A stretch of 64,000 nucleotides of DNA from Nannocystis bainbridge (GCF_028368995.1 NZ_JAQNDL010000002.1:992001-1056000), one strand, 5' to 3'; positions 1 to 11,732 are shown, numbered from the stretch's first letter. Program-made: numbers and translations. The notes: generated from the letters alone by a model not told the origin.

Positions 1-108
1 GAGGCGGCACCGATGGTGACCGGCGACGACGCGCTGCTGGCGATCGTGTTCGGGCTGGTCCGAGACCCTGCCCGCCAGCCGCGCGAGCTCAAGGGGCAGG
101 ACGGTTGA
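1..108 (+). CDS. 3' end of a gene running in from outside the window (unknown product)
   Basis: Frame 1 reads EAAPMVTGDDALLAIVFGLVRDPARQPRELKGQDG* with GC-rich third positions; stop TGA at 106-108. Confidence 0.5.
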   Translation, partial: EAAPMVTGDDALLAIVFGLVRDPARQPRELKGQDG

Positions 109-258
109 CGCGCTCGCGCGTAGCCTTCGCAGCAGGAATCTCGGGCCATGGACTTTCGGCCGTCTGATAGACGAGGAGAGCAGAGCGGCGGCGCGTCGAG
201 CGAGCGCGCGGGCACGACTGCGAGCGGACCCGCTGCGAGCGAGGCGCGTCGGCGGGGG

Positions 259-526
259 CGTGGCGAGCCGAGCGCGGTGGGTTCACCGGTGTCACGCGGT
301 GAGCCGAGCGCGGCGGGTTCTCAGGTGTCACGCGGCGAGCCGAGCGCGGCGGGTTCACAGGTGTCACGCGGCGAGCCGAGCGCGGCGGGTTCACAGAGGT
401 CACGCGGCGAGCTGCGCGCGGCGGGTTCACCGGTGTCACGCGGGGATCTGCGCGCGGCGGGTTCCCCGGTGTCACACGGCGAGCCGAGCGCGGCGGGTTC
501 ACAGGTGTCACGCGGCGAGCCGAGCT
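259..526. repeat. Tandem repeat of a 36-bp unit, about 7.5 imperfect copies
   Basis: Unit CGCGGCGAGCCGAGCGCGGCGGGTTCACAGGTGTCA is repeated contiguously without spacers; it translates as (RGEPSAAGSQVS)n in the frame of the downstream gene. Confidence 0.9.
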
Positions 527-599
527 TGCCGCGCTCCCCGGGGCAGTCAGGCCAGCCGCGCGAGGTCGGGGTCCGGCGGCGAGAGGGCTGGTTTAATCA

Positions 600-673
600 C
601 ATGGCCTCGAGGACATGTTCGATGCGGCATGTTTTGTGGGGCATGCTCGTCGGGACATGTCTCTTCGGACCTG
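600..673. repeat. Phased 14-bp palindrome array overlapping the 5' end of the sulfatase-like gene
   Basis: CATG/CCTG unit junctions at 600, 614, 628, 642, 656 and 670. Confidence 0.8.
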
Positions 674-2868
674 CTTGTGAGGCCAGCAAGCCCGAGCCCG
701 TCGTCGGGACGGCGGCGCCGCGGCCGGCTGCGCCGGCGCCGGTGGCCCGGATCGTCACCGCCGATCTCTGGCAGGACCTGATCGCCCAGCGGCCGGGCGC
801 GCTGACGCTGGTCGACGGGCGGCTGGTGGTCGAGCTCGGGCGGGTGCAGGCGCGGGCCAACCTCGATCTGGGGACCGGCGCGGCGCTGCGGCTCGGCGAG
901 GAGTTCGGCGAGGAGCGCGGGGCGCTGGTGTTCGGGGCCGGGGGCACGCTGACGCTGCCGCTCGACGGCGAGCTGGCGCCGAAGCTGCACCCCGACAGCG
1001 AGGGGCAGCCGGGGCTGGCGATGGCGGTGACGCTGCGGGCGCTGGCGCCGGGGCAAGCGGTCACGGCGCTGTGGAACGAGCAGCCGCTGGCGCACCTGTC
1101 GATCGGCGAGGCGTGGGAGCGGCGGACGTTCTCGCTGCCGCCGGCGCTGGTGCGCGCGGGCGAGAACCGGCTGCGGCTGCACTTCTCGCGCCCGGGTCGC
1201 GGCGGGCAGCCGAGCGCGGCGATCCAGCGGGTCGAGGTAGGTCCGCGCGCGGCGATCGTCGCCGGGCCCGCGCCCCAGGCGGGCGGGTATCAGGTCCACG
1301 CGGGCGATGGCGACGAGGTCTCGCTCGACCTGGCCCAGGGGACATCTCTGGTGTTCTACGCGTTGGCGCCGCGGCGCGGGCGGCTGCGCGTCGAGGGCCG
1401 CGGCGAGCTGGCGGTGCTGGTCAGCACCGACGCCGAGCACCGCGAGGGTCGGGCGCCGGCGCTGCTGCTCGACGGGGCGCTCGGACCGGCGGGTCGCGAC
1501 CTCGATCTGTCGGGCTACGGCGGGCAGCCGCTGCGCATCGAGGTGCGCGCGCCGGCGGGCGGCGAGGGGGCGACGCTGCGGGTGCTGCAGCTGGTGGCGG
1601 GCCGATCGCGGCCGGTCGATCGCCGCGAACGCAAGCCGCGCGACCTGATCGTGATCGCGGTCGAGGGCGCGCGCGCGGACGACCTGCTCGGGGTGCTGCT
1701 CGGCGGGCCGCGGTTCCCCGCGGTCGAGCGGCTGGCGGCCGAGTCGCTGGTGTTCGAGCGCGCCTACGCGGTGTCGCCGTGGGCGGTGCCGACCCACGCG
1801 GCGCTGCTGTCGTCGGTGCCGCCGCCGGGCCACGCGACGGTGCGCGGGACGTTCGTCGCCGACGGCCAGGTGCTGCTGCCGGAGCTGCTCGATCGGGCCG
1901 GTTATTACGGGGTCGGGATCGCGGCCAACGCCGACTTCAACGCCGAGCGCGGGCTGGTCCAGGGCCTCGATTTCGTCCGCAACATGACCGGAGGGACAGG
2001 TGCGGGCAAGGACGCGCGATCGGTGGTGCGCGCGGCGCTGGAGGCGATCGCGGGCCGGCCGGCGCCGCGGTTCGTGTACGCCGACATGACCGATCCGCAG
2101 GCGCCCTACGATCCGCCGCGCGAGCACATCGGCGGGCCGCCGCCGCCCGACGCGCCGCTGCCGCACCTGACCCATTTGTGGCTCGGACGGGTGCGCGCGG
2201 GCCGGGTAGTGGCCGAGCCGGCCCAGCGCGACTACGTGCGCCGGCTGTACCGCGGCGAGTTGCAGGTGGTCGACGCGGCGCTGGCCGACCTGCTGACGGC
2301 GATGGAGGAGCAGGGCGGGCTCGACGAGGCGGCGCTGGTGCTGGTCGGGCTGCACGGCGAGGAGTTCTTCGAGCACGGCGGGGCGCTGCACGGGTTCTCG
2401 CTGCACGAGGAGAGCCTGCGGGTGCCGCTCGTCATTCGCGCCCCGGCGCTGCTGGCCCCCGGGCGGGTGACGGCGCCGGTCGATCTGCTCGACCTGGCGC
2501 CGACGCTGGCCGACCTGCTGGGCCTGCCGTTCCCGGCGCAGTGGCAGGGCGACAGCCTGGTGCCGCTGATCGACGACCCCCAGCCGCCGCCCCGGCTGGT
2601 GGTGGCGTACCTCGGCGACGGCGCGCGGGCGGCGGTCCTCGGCGATTACAAGCTGATCGTCGGCAGCGGCCGCGACGCGCAGCGCCTGTACGACCTCGCG
2701 GCCGATCCCGGGGAGACCCGCGACCTCGAGGTCGACGGCGGGATCGCGCTGCGGCTGACCCGTACCGCGTTGGCGTGGGAGATGGCGGCCGAAGGGCGGT
2801 GGAAGCGGAGCCGCTGGGGGACCGGCGCGGACCTCAAGCCGGCCTTTGCGCTCGACCACGGGATGTAG
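601..2868 (+). CDS. Sulfatase-like (alkaline phosphatase superfamily) lipoprotein with degenerate active site
   Basis: Signal/lipobox-like segment ...LFGPAC; C-terminal domain with VIAVEGARAD, SPWAVPTHAALLS, DPQAPY, LHGEEFFEHG, VPLVIR, DLAPTL, LYDLAADPGETRDL. Start 601 or 622 is preferred over 148. Confidence 0.8.
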   Translation: MASRTCSMRHVLWGMLVGTCLFGPACEASKPEPVVGTAAPRPAAPAPVARIVTADLWQDLIAQRPGALTLVDGRLVVELGRVQARANLDLGTGAALRLGEEFGEERGALVFGAGGTLTLPLDGELAPKLHPDSEGQPGLAMAVTLRALAPGQAVTALWNEQPLAHLSIGEAWERRTFSLPPALVRAGENRLRLHFSRPGRGGQPSAAIQRVEVGPRAAIVAGPAPQAGGYQVHAGDGDEVSLDLAQGTSLVFYALAPRRGRLRVEGRGELAVLVSTDAEHREGRAPALLLDGALGPAGRDLDLSGYGGQPLRIEVRAPAGGEGATLRVLQLVAGRSRPVDRRERKPRDLIVIAVEGARADDLLGVLLGGPRFPAVERLAAESLVFERAYAVSPWAVPTHAALLSSVPPPGHATVRGTFVADGQVLLPELLDRAGYYGVGIAANADFNAERGLVQGLDFVRNMTGGTGAGKDARSVVRAALEAIAGRPAPRFVYADMTDPQAPYDPPREHIGGPPPPDAPLPHLTHLWLGRVRAGRVVAEPAQRDYVRRLYRGELQVVDAALADLLTAMEEQGGLDEAALVLVGLHGEEFFEHGGALHGFSLHEESLRVPLVIRAPALLAPGRVTAPVDLLDLAPTLADLLGLPFPAQWQGDSLVPLIDDPQPPPRLVVAYLGDGARAAVLGDYKLIVGSGRDAQRLYDLAADPGETRDLEVDGGIALRLTRTALAWEMAAEGRWKRSRWGTGADLKPAFALDHGM

Positions 2869-2880
2869 TAATCGCCGCGC

Positions 2881-3876
2881 ATGGCATCCGGCCCCTCGCT
2901 CCTCGAGTCGATCCCCAAACTCGTCGCCGCTCGTGACGCCGCGGCGCTCGTCGCCCTGCAGGACCACGACGACAAACAGGTCCGCAAGGCCGCGCGCAAG
3001 GCGATCCACACGCTGCGCAGCAAGGGCGTGACGATCCCCGAGGCCGAGACCCCGCGCGGCTGGTCCGCCGGCGACCTCAACGACCTCCGCGGCGACATGG
3101 CGGCGGTGGCCGTCGTCGACACCGAGAGCACCCCGGGCCTTTCGCGCGTGATGATCAGCGCCCCGCAAGAGGAGCGCAGCTACCTGTGGGTGGCGGCGAT
3201 CAGCGGCCGCGACCAGATCGTCGACTTCGCCACCTACGTGCAGACGGATGGCCAGCGCACGCGGATGATCCGCGACTGGGACCGCGGCAGCGAGCGCCGC
3301 GTGCCGGCCGACTGGGCCCGCGCCCGCATCCGCTGGGCCCGCGAGCAGACGCTGACCTCGGGCTTCGCGGTGCCGCGCCAGCTCGACGACATGCTGGTCC
3401 ACCTCGGCGAGGCGCCGGTGTACCGCCCGGCCAGCTTCCTCGACGGGGTGCTGCCGCCCGTCGACTTCGCGCCCGACAAGGACAACGTCATCATGTCGCT
3501 GGCCAACGCGCGCGTGAACCAGTGGCCGCCGGTGATCGACGTCGAGCCGATGATGCGCCGCGTCAACGAGAAGCACCCGGACCTCAACGACCAGAGCCCC
3601 GAGGACGACCGCTACACGGCGCTGCTCGACGGGGCCCGCGGCGACGAGACGCTGCGCGCCGACCTCAAGGCCCAGGTCGCCAACCTGCTCGAGGACGCCG
3701 CGGTCACGCTGTGGCTCGGCGGCAACGACGTCGAGGCGGCCAAGGTCCGCGTGCTGGCGTCGGAGATCCGCGCGTCGGCCGAGCCGGAGGCGCTGCCGTG
3801 GATCGGCCGCCTGCTCGGGTTCCAGATCGCCAGCACGTTCGCGTACCTGTCCCGCCAGCAGCAGCTCGGGCAGTGA
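2881..3876 (+). CDS. Hypothetical protein with an N-terminal HEAT-like helix pair
   Basis: 331-aa ORF with strong GC3 bias; ALVALQDHDDKQVRKAARKAIHTL; its stop overlaps the rsmE start (GTGA). Confidence 0.8.
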   Translation: MASGPSLLESIPKLVAARDAAALVALQDHDDKQVRKAARKAIHTLRSKGVTIPEAETPRGWSAGDLNDLRGDMAAVAVVDTESTPGLSRVMISAPQEERSYLWVAAISGRDQIVDFATYVQTDGQRTRMIRDWDRGSERRVPADWARARIRWAREQTLTSGFAVPRQLDDMLVHLGEAPVYRPASFLDGVLPPVDFAPDKDNVIMSLANARVNQWPPVIDVEPMMRRVNEKHPDLNDQSPEDDRYTALLDGARGDETLRADLKAQVANLLEDAAVTLWLGGNDVEAAKVRVLASEIRASAEPEALPWIGRLLGFQIASTFAYLSRQQQLGQ

Positions 3877-4595
3877 ACCTGATCCTGCTGCGCGCCGAGG
3901 AGCTCGCGCCGACGGGCGCGGGCTCGCAGCGGGCTGTCCTTCGGGACAGGCGGCTGCAGCACCTGCGCGAGGTCCTGCGCGCGCGCGTCGGCGACGAGGT
4001 CGGGGTCGGCGTGGAGGGCGGCGCGATCGGCAAGGCGACGATCATCAACCTCGACGCGCAAGCAGCCGAGCTCGAGCTGCGCCTCGACGAACCACCGCCG
4101 CCGCCGCTCGACGTGACGCTGGCGCTGGCGCTGCCGCGACCGCCGACGCTGCGCAAGGTGCTGCAACAGGCGACGGCGCTCGGGGTCAAGCGGTTCGCGC
4201 TGTTCCGGGCCGAGCGGGTCGAACGCAGCTACTTCTCGAGCCACGGCCTGCACGCGAGCGCGCTCGCGGAGGACCTCCAGCTCGGGCTCGAGCAAGCGCG
4301 CGACACGATCGTGCCGACGGTCGAGGTCCACCCGGAGCACTTCGGCCGATTCGTCCGCGAACGCCTGCCTGAACTCTGCGAGGGCCGCGCGCCGCTGGTG
4401 GCCCACCCGGGGGCGGCCACGCCGTGCCCGCGGGCGCCGATCGGTCCGGCGACGCTGATCGTGGGCCCGGAAGGCGGGTTCATCCCGGCCGAGGTGGCGC
4501 TGCTGAAGTCGCTGGCGCAGGCGATCGATCTCGGGCCGCGGATCTTGCGGGTCGAGACGGCCGTGGTGGCGCTGCTGGCTCGCCTGTCGCCGTGA
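3873..4595 (+). CDS. rsmE: 16S rRNA m3U1498 methyltransferase
   Basis: HLREVLR, LQQATALGV, EQARDT, LIVGPEGGF and LGPRILRVETA are SPOUT/RsmE motifs; GTG start overlaps the upstream stop. Confidence 0.93.
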   Translation: MNLILLRAEELAPTGAGSQRAVLRDRRLQHLREVLRARVGDEVGVGVEGGAIGKATIINLDAQAAELELRLDEPPPPPLDVTLALALPRPPTLRKVLQQATALGVKRFALFRAERVERSYFSSHGLHASALAEDLQLGLEQARDTIVPTVEVHPEHFGRFVRERLPELCEGRAPLVAHPGAATPCPRAPIGPATLIVGPEGGFIPAEVALLKSLAQAIDLGPRILRVETAVVALLARLSP

Positions 4596-4682
4596 GGCGC
4601 GCTGCTTCGGATGACGGGGCCGGTCGTCCGTGATCGGCGTGACCTCGACAGGCACGCGCGGCCGGTCTAGCGTGCGGGGCGG

Positions 4683-6152
4683 GTGACCGCGCTGCGCACA
4701 GGCTCCGCGACGCGCTGGCTGCTCGGCGCGGCCGCGCTGGCGATCCTGGCGCTCGGCGCCAATCCGGCCCGCAAGGCGTTCGTGCGCGCGCTCGTCGGGC
4801 GCGACGGACAGGTCCCTACGGACATGTTCCTCGGGACATCCGCGGGGCCCGGCCTGGCCCCCGCGGCGCGGGTGCGGGTGGTGCTGATCGACGGCCTCGG
4901 AGCGGCGGCGGCGAGCGAGCTGCCGGCGCTGTCGGCCGTGTGCGCGGCGGGCCAGGAGCTGCGCATCGACGTCGGCTTCCCGACGGTCTCGTTGCCGGTG
5001 CAGGCGGCGCTGTGGACCGGACGCACGCAGCAGCAGTCGGGCCTGCAGTACCGGGCCACGCAGCTGGCGGCGCCGCCACCCGGCGCGAGCCCGGCCCAGG
5101 TCGCGGACAGCGTGGCGCTGGCCGAGTCACACCCCGAGATCGTGCGCTCGTTCGGGTTCGCCGCGACGCGCCCCGATCCGTCCCGCGATCCCGAAGATCC
5201 GGAGGCGTGGCGCGCCGCGTTCCCCGAACAGGCGATCGCGGCGGTCGCTTCGCCGTCGCGCCTCGTGCACGTGCACGTGCTGCGCGTCGACGAGGCCGGC
5301 CATGCCGCGGGCGCGGCCTCGTCGGCCTATGCCGAGGCGGTCCGCGGCGCCGACGAGCTCCTGGGTAGGCTGCGCGCGGCGGGGCCGAAGGACGCGCTGT
5401 GGTTCGTGCTCGCGGACCACGGCCATCGCCCCGCGGGCGGGCACGGAGGCGAGGAGCCGGAGATCCGGATCGTGCGCGGCTGCGTGGCCGGGCCAGGGAT
5501 CGCGCCATCACCGACGAGCGCGTCGATCCACGTCGTGGACCTCGCCCGCGCTGTCGCGGATGCGCTGGGGGCCGAGCTCCCCAGCGACGCTCGTGGTCGA
5601 CCGTGGGCCGATGCGCTGGCCGATCCATCCCCCGGCGTCACGCTGCCGCGTCCGGGGCCGGTGCGCGTCGGGGTCGCCGGCCTGCTGCTCGCGCTCGGGC
5701 TCGGGCTCGGCGTGCGAGCGGACGGGACGCGCAAGCTGTGGTCGCGCGTGCCGTGGGCGCTGCTGCTGGCGCTGCTCGGCCTCGGCGTGATGTTCGGCTG
5801 GCCGTCGCTGTCGGACCCGCCGGTGTTCGCCCCGCGTGGGCTCCAGCTGTGGCTCGCGTGCGTGCCTGCAGCCGTGCTCGCGCTGGGGCTCGGGCTGGCC
5901 GGGCAGTCCCCGCGGGCCCAGCTCGCGCCGGCGCTCGGATCGCTGGCGGCGGCGCTGGTGCTGTGTCGGGCGCCCGAGGCGTGGCTGCTGCCGATGCTCG
6001 GCGTCGGCGAGGCCGGGCCTCCGCTCATGCCGCGCTGGAGCGCCACGGTCAGCGTGCTGTTCGTGGTGGTCCGCAGCCTCGCCGAGGGCGTCGCGCTGGC
6101 ATGGGTGCTCGGACCACTGCTCCGGCGGCTGCGCTCGCGGACGCGGGCATGA
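4683..6152 (+). CDS. Alkaline phosphatase superfamily enzyme with C-terminal transmembrane segments
   Basis: VVLIDGL, FPTVSLP, VDEAGH and LADHGH metal/nucleophile motifs, followed by several hydrophobic helices. Confidence 0.8.
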   Translation: MTALRTGSATRWLLGAAALAILALGANPARKAFVRALVGRDGQVPTDMFLGTSAGPGLAPAARVRVVLIDGLGAAAASELPALSAVCAAGQELRIDVGFPTVSLPVQAALWTGRTQQQSGLQYRATQLAAPPPGASPAQVADSVALAESHPEIVRSFGFAATRPDPSRDPEDPEAWRAAFPEQAIAAVASPSRLVHVHVLRVDEAGHAAGAASSAYAEAVRGADELLGRLRAAGPKDALWFVLADHGHRPAGGHGGEEPEIRIVRGCVAGPGIAPSPTSASIHVVDLARAVADALGAELPSDARGRPWADALADPSPGVTLPRPGPVRVGVAGLLLALGLGLGVRADGTRKLWSRVPWALLLALLGLGVMFGWPSLSDPPVFAPRGLQLWLACVPAAVLALGLGLAGQSPRAQLAPALGSLAAALVLCRAPEAWLLPMLGVGEAGPPLMPRWSATVSVLFVVVRSLAEGVALAWVLGPLLRRLRSRTRA

Positions 6153-6297
6153 GGACCTGACGGTGTGGCCACATCGTCCGCGATCTGGGTCCGCTTCGAA
6201 GTCTCGATCGCCGCGCGATCTTGCTTGACGCTCCTGGCGCGGTTTGGGATTGCTGGTGTGGCGGGCGACAGGCGTCGTGCGCGGAGGAACGACGGCG

Positions 6298-7068
6298 ATG
6301 CTCATCTATCGTGGTTTGCGAGTGGTGCTGTTCGGCGGGCTTGTCATGGCGACGGGCTGCGGCGACGACGACAATCAGACCGGCGGCTTCACCAGCTTTT
6401 CGACCCTCCAGCCGACCGGGGCGACCAACCCGAACACCACGCCCGGGACCACGCCGGGCACCACCCCGGGGACCAGCGAGACGACGAACGACAGCTCCGG
6501 GGACTCGGAGTCGAGCACGATGCCGGTCGACCCGAGCACCGAGCCCGACCCGACCTCGACGACGAACCCGCCGACCTCGACCACCGAGCCGCCGACGGCG
6601 ACGACGGATCCGGCGACCACCGACGAGTCGACGTCGAGCTCGTCGAGCTCGTCGAGCTCGAGCTCGAGCACCTCGAGCTCGACGACCGACGACACGAGCT
6701 CGAGCTCGAGCTCGAGCACGACGATGATGATGACGACCGACCCGCCGCCGGCCAAGGATCCGCAGCCGGCGCAGGGCCTCTACTCCAACTGCTTCCCGAG
6801 CGACATGTGCGTCGGCCTCAACGGCGGCGGCTGCCTCAGCCTGCAGGACGCCGACATGGTCGCGTTCGACGGCTTCTGCACCGTGCTGTGCCAAACCGAG
6901 GCCCAGTGCACGCCGAAGCCCAACAGCCCGGCGATCACCCGCTGCCTCGCCATCGACGCCATGCAGAAGGCGTGCTTCCTCGAGTGCGTGACCGACGCTG
7001 ACTGCCCGACCGGGATGGCGTGCGAGCTGGTCGGCCTGCCCAACGGCGACGGCAGCTACTGCTGGTGA
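6298..7068 (+). CDS. Lipoprotein with a Thr/Ser-rich stalk and Cys-rich C-terminal domain
   Basis: GGAGGA RBS; signal peptide ending MATGC; T/S/P/D low-complexity linker; 10 Cys in the last ~90 aa, ending YCW. Confidence 0.85.
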   Translation: MLIYRGLRVVLFGGLVMATGCGDDDNQTGGFTSFSTLQPTGATNPNTTPGTTPGTTPGTSETTNDSSGDSESSTMPVDPSTEPDPTSTTNPPTSTTEPPTATTDPATTDESTSSSSSSSSSSSSTSSSTTDDTSSSSSSSTTMMMTTDPPPAKDPQPAQGLYSNCFPSDMCVGLNGGGCLSLQDADMVAFDGFCTVLCQTEAQCTPKPNSPAITRCLAIDAMQKACFLECVTDADCPTGMACELVGLPNGDGSYCW

Positions 7069-7420
7069 GCGCGCGCGGTGACATGGCCCAAGAGCCAGGT
7101 CACCCGCGCCGCCGCGCTCGCGTCTGCGCGAACGCTCCCGTGACCGCGGCGGCCACGGGCGAGTCGAGCGCATGGGGTGCGCAGTGACATGACCTGAGAG
7201 CCAGGTCGATGCTCGGGTCTGCGCGAACGCTCCCGTGACCGCCGCGGCCACGGGCGAGTCTTTCGACCTGACGGGCGCGCTGCGCCGACGCGGGTGAGCT
7301 CGCGCGGTGACATGACTCAAAAGCCAGGTCACCAGCGCCGGCCGCGTCGCTCGGCTATGCTCGAGTCTGCGTGAACGCTTCCGCAACCGCAGCTATTACG
7401 GGCGAGTCGATCGACCTCGC
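7065..7420. repeat. Threefold imperfect duplication (~105-150 bp) that includes the first codons of copA
   Basis: GTGACATGN(6-7)AGCCAGGTC near 7078, 7184 and 7307, each followed by TCTGCG(C/T)GAACGCT...ACGGGCGAGTC near 7123, 7218 and 7366. Confidence 0.8.
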
Positions 7421-9689
7421 ATTGACGGGCATGCGCTGTGCCAACTGCGCCCAGACGATCGAGCGCGCGCTGGCGCAGGTGCCCGGGGTGTCGGCGGCGC
7501 AGGTCAACTTCGCCAGCGAGACCGCCTCGGTCGCGCTCGCCACCACGACGCCGGCGAGCCGCGGGGCGCTGGTGGCGGCGGTCGAGGCCGCGGGCTTCGG
7601 GGTGATCGCCGGGGCCGACGCGACCGACCTGTCCGTCGAGACAGCCGCGCGCGCGGCTGAACTCCGGGCCAGCTGGCGCCGCTTCATGGTCGGCGCGGTG
7701 TGCACGGCCCCGCTGATGGCGATCAGCATGGCCCGCGATTTCGGGGTCATCGGCGACCGGCCATGGCTGTTGTGGCTGCTGCTGGCGCTGACGCTGCCGG
7801 TGCTGGCCTACACCGGCGGGCCGCACTTCCGCGGGGCCGCGCGGGCGCTGCGGGCCGGTCGGGCCAACATGGACGTGCTGGTGGCGCTCGGGGCCGGCGT
7901 GGCGTTCGTCGCCAGCGTGCCGGTGGTGCTGGCGCCGGCGTCCGGGCACCACGTGTACTTCGAGACAGCCGCGGCGATCGTCACGCTGGTGGCGCTCGGC
8001 CGCCTGCTCGAGGCGCGCGCCCGCGGCCGCGCCGGCGAGGCGCTGCGCTCGCTGCTCGAGCTGCGGCCGCGCAAGGCCCGGGTGATCCGCGACGAAGTCG
8101 AGGTCGAGCTGCCGGCCGAGGCGGTCAAGGTCCGCGACGTGGTGGTGGTCCGCCCCGGCGAGGCCATCCCGGTCGACGGTCGCGTGATCGCGGGCGAGTC
8201 GGCGGTCGACGAGAGCGTGCTGACCGGCGAGAGCCTGCCGGTGGCCAAGGAGGTCGGCGACGCGGTGGCCGGCGGGACGATCAACGGGCCGGGGCTGCTG
8301 CGGCTGACTGCGACGCGCGTCGGCGCCGCCACGGCGCTGTCGCAGATCGTCCGCCTGGTGCGCGCGGCCCAGGCCAGCAAGGCGCCGGTGCAGGCGCTGG
8401 TCGACAAGATCGCGGGGGTGTTCGTGCCGATCGTGGTCGGGCTGGCGCTCCTGACCTTCGGGGCGTGGCTACTGGTCTCGTCGCACGGGGCCGAGCACGC
8501 GCTGATGCGGGCGGTCGCGGTGCTGGTGATCGCGTGCCCGTGCGCGCTCGGGCTGGCGACGCCGACGGCGATCGTGGTGGCCACCGGCGCGGCCGCTCGC
8601 CGCGGGCTGCTGTTCAAGAACAGCGCGGCGCTCGAGGCGGTGCGGGCGGTCCGGGTGGTGGTGTTCGACAAGACCGGGACGCTGACGCTCGGCCGGCCGC
8701 AACTGCAGGCGATCACGCCGGCGCCGGGCGTCGATGAGGACGAGCTGCTGACGCTGGCGGCCGCGGCGGAGCAGGGCAGCGAGCACCCGCTCGGCCGCGC
8801 GATCGTGGCGGCCGCGAAGGCCCGCGGGGCCAGCCTGACGAGCCCGACCGGGGTGCGAGCGATCGGCGGGCGCGGGCTGCGGGCGCTGGTGGGCGACGCG
8901 GAGGTGTGGATCGGGACGCGGGCGTGGCTGACGGCGCAAGGGGTCGCCATGGATCTGGCCGAAGAGCCACCTGTATCTTGGGACATGTCCTCTGGCACAG
9001 GTGACAAAGAACATGTCGCTCCGGGCATGTCCGTAAAGACCGCCGATGCCGGTCACACGCGCGTGTACGTGGCGCGCGACGGGCGGTACCTGGGCGCCAT
9101 CGCGCTGGCCGACGCGCCGCGGCCGGAGGCGCGCGAGGTGGTGGCGGCGCTGCGCGGGCAGGGCTTGCGGGTGGCGCTGCTGACGGGCGACCGGCGGGGG
9201 ACGGGGCTGGCGATCGCGGCGGCGGTCGGCATCGACGCGGCGGACGTGTACGCGGAGGTGCTGCCGGCCGACAAGGTGGCGACGGTCGTGGCGCTGCAGC
9301 GGACCGGGCCGGTGGCGATGGTGGGCGACGGGGTCAACGACGCGCCGGCGCTGGTGCAGGCGGACGTCGGCGTGGCGATCGGCAGCGGCACCGACGTCGC
9401 GGTCGACGCCGCCGACGTGACGCTGCTGCGCAGCGACCTGCGCGGGCTGCTCGACGCGCTCGCCATCGGCAAGGCGACGGTCCGCACGATCCGCCGCAAC
9501 CTGTTCTGGGCCTCGGCCTACAACCTGGTGCTCATCCCGGTCGCGGCCGGCGCGCTGTACCCCCTGAGCAGCTTGCCGACGTGGCTGCGCGCGCTCGATC
9601 CGGCGCTCGCGGCCGGGGCGATGGCGCTGTCGAGCGTGACGGTGGTGGTGAGCAGCCTGGCGCTGCGGCGGGTCGCGGCCGAGCGCTGA
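7371..9689 (+). CDS. copA: Cu(I)-exporting P1B-1 ATPase
   Basis: GMRCANC metal-binding domain, [36 protein letters not shown]...P and MALSS. Confidence 0.93.
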   Translation: MNASATAAITGESIDLALTGMRCANCAQTIERALAQVPGVSAAQVNFASETASVALATTTPASRGALVAAVEAAGFGVIAGADATDLSVETAARAAELRASWRRFMVGAVCTAPLMAISMARDFGVIGDRPWLLWLLLALTLPVLAYTGGPHFRGAARALRAGRANMDVLVALGAGVAFVASVPVVLAPASGHHVYFETAAAIVTLVALGRLLEARARGRAGEALRSLLELRPRKARVIRDEVEVELPAEAVKVRDVVVVRPGEAIPVDGRVIAGESAVDESVLTGESLPVAKEVGDAVAGGTINGPGLLRLTATRVGAATALSQIVRLVRAAQASKAPVQALVDKIAGVFVPIVVGLALLTFGAWLLVSSHGAEHALMRAVAVLVIACPCALGLATPTAIVVATGAAARRGLLFKNSAALEAVRAVRVVVFDKTGTLTLGRPQLQAITPAPGVDEDELLTLAAAAEQGSEHPLGRAIVAAAKARGASLTSPTGVRAIGGRGLRALVGDAEVWIGTRAWLTAQGVAMDLAEEPPVSWDMSSGTGDKEHVAPGMSVKTADAGHTRVYVARDGRYLGAIALADAPRPEAREVVAALRGQGLRVALLTGDRRGTGLAIAAAVGIDAADVYAEVLPADKVATVVALQRTGPVAMVGDGVNDAPALVQADVGVAIGSGTDVAVDAADVTLLRSDLRGLLDALAIGKATVRTIRRNLFWASAYNLVLIPVAAGALYPLSSLPTWLRALDPALAAGAMALSSVTVVVSSLALRRVAAER
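8970..9030. repeat. Phased 14-bp palindrome array inside copA (in-frame, low-GC segment)
   Basis: Junction cores at 8970, 8984, 8998, 9012 and 9026; encodes [22 protein letters not shown]. Confidence 0.85.
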
Positions 9690-9851
9690 GCTCGCAGGCT
9701 GTAGCCGCGCGTCGCGGCCCGGGGTGCGCACGGACTGGGACGCGCGCGTCGCTACGAGGCCGTCGCGGCCTTGCGGGCCCTCTTCATGCATGGTTCGCAC
9801 GGGGCTCGTGAGGGCTGCGAAACGCGCGGCGATCCGTGCTACGGATCGCGC

Positions 9852-11489
<1,638 letters not shown>

Positions 11490-11525
11490 GCGCCGCGTCG
11501 GCGCGGTCGCCGAGCGCCGCGTCGG

Positions 11526-11571
11526 CATGAGCTTCTGGGCATGTCGCATGAGACATGTCCTTTGGGGCATA
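11526..11571. repeat. Phased 14-bp palindrome array (intergenic)
   Basis: Cores at 11526, 11540, 11554 and 11568. Confidence 0.75.
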
Positions 11572-11732
11572 TCTCGGGGCGCCGCGGTCCGGGGCCGGCA
11601 GGCTTCCTCACGACCGGGCGGTGAAACCTCGGACGTCCTTCGGCGCGTCGGCGGGGTGGCCTGCTCGCTGCAGAGCGGTCCGATCGGGGAGCGAACCACC
11701 GGGCCGCGATTTCGCCTACGATCGACCTCGTG

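Noticed and set aside
259-526. 36-bp repeats as a possible CRISPR array
   Set aside because: The units are contiguous with no unique spacers, and there are no cas genes in the window.
148-600. N-terminal 151-aa extension of the sulfatase-like ORF
   Set aside because: It is made of tandem-repeat sequence with atypical codon usage, and the signal peptide begins only after 601.
6633-6717. (TCGAGC)n microsatellite
   Set aside because: It is explained as the poly-Ser linker of a lipoprotein using alternating TCG/AGC codons.
8981-8990. GGACATGTCC is identical to a eukaryotic p53 half-site; the unit also loosely resembles parS
   Set aside because: The decamer is simply the junction of two abutting 14-bp units, and nothing suggests a p53-like protein. 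Canonical parS is a 16-bp TGTTTCACGTGAAACA-type site, which is not present.
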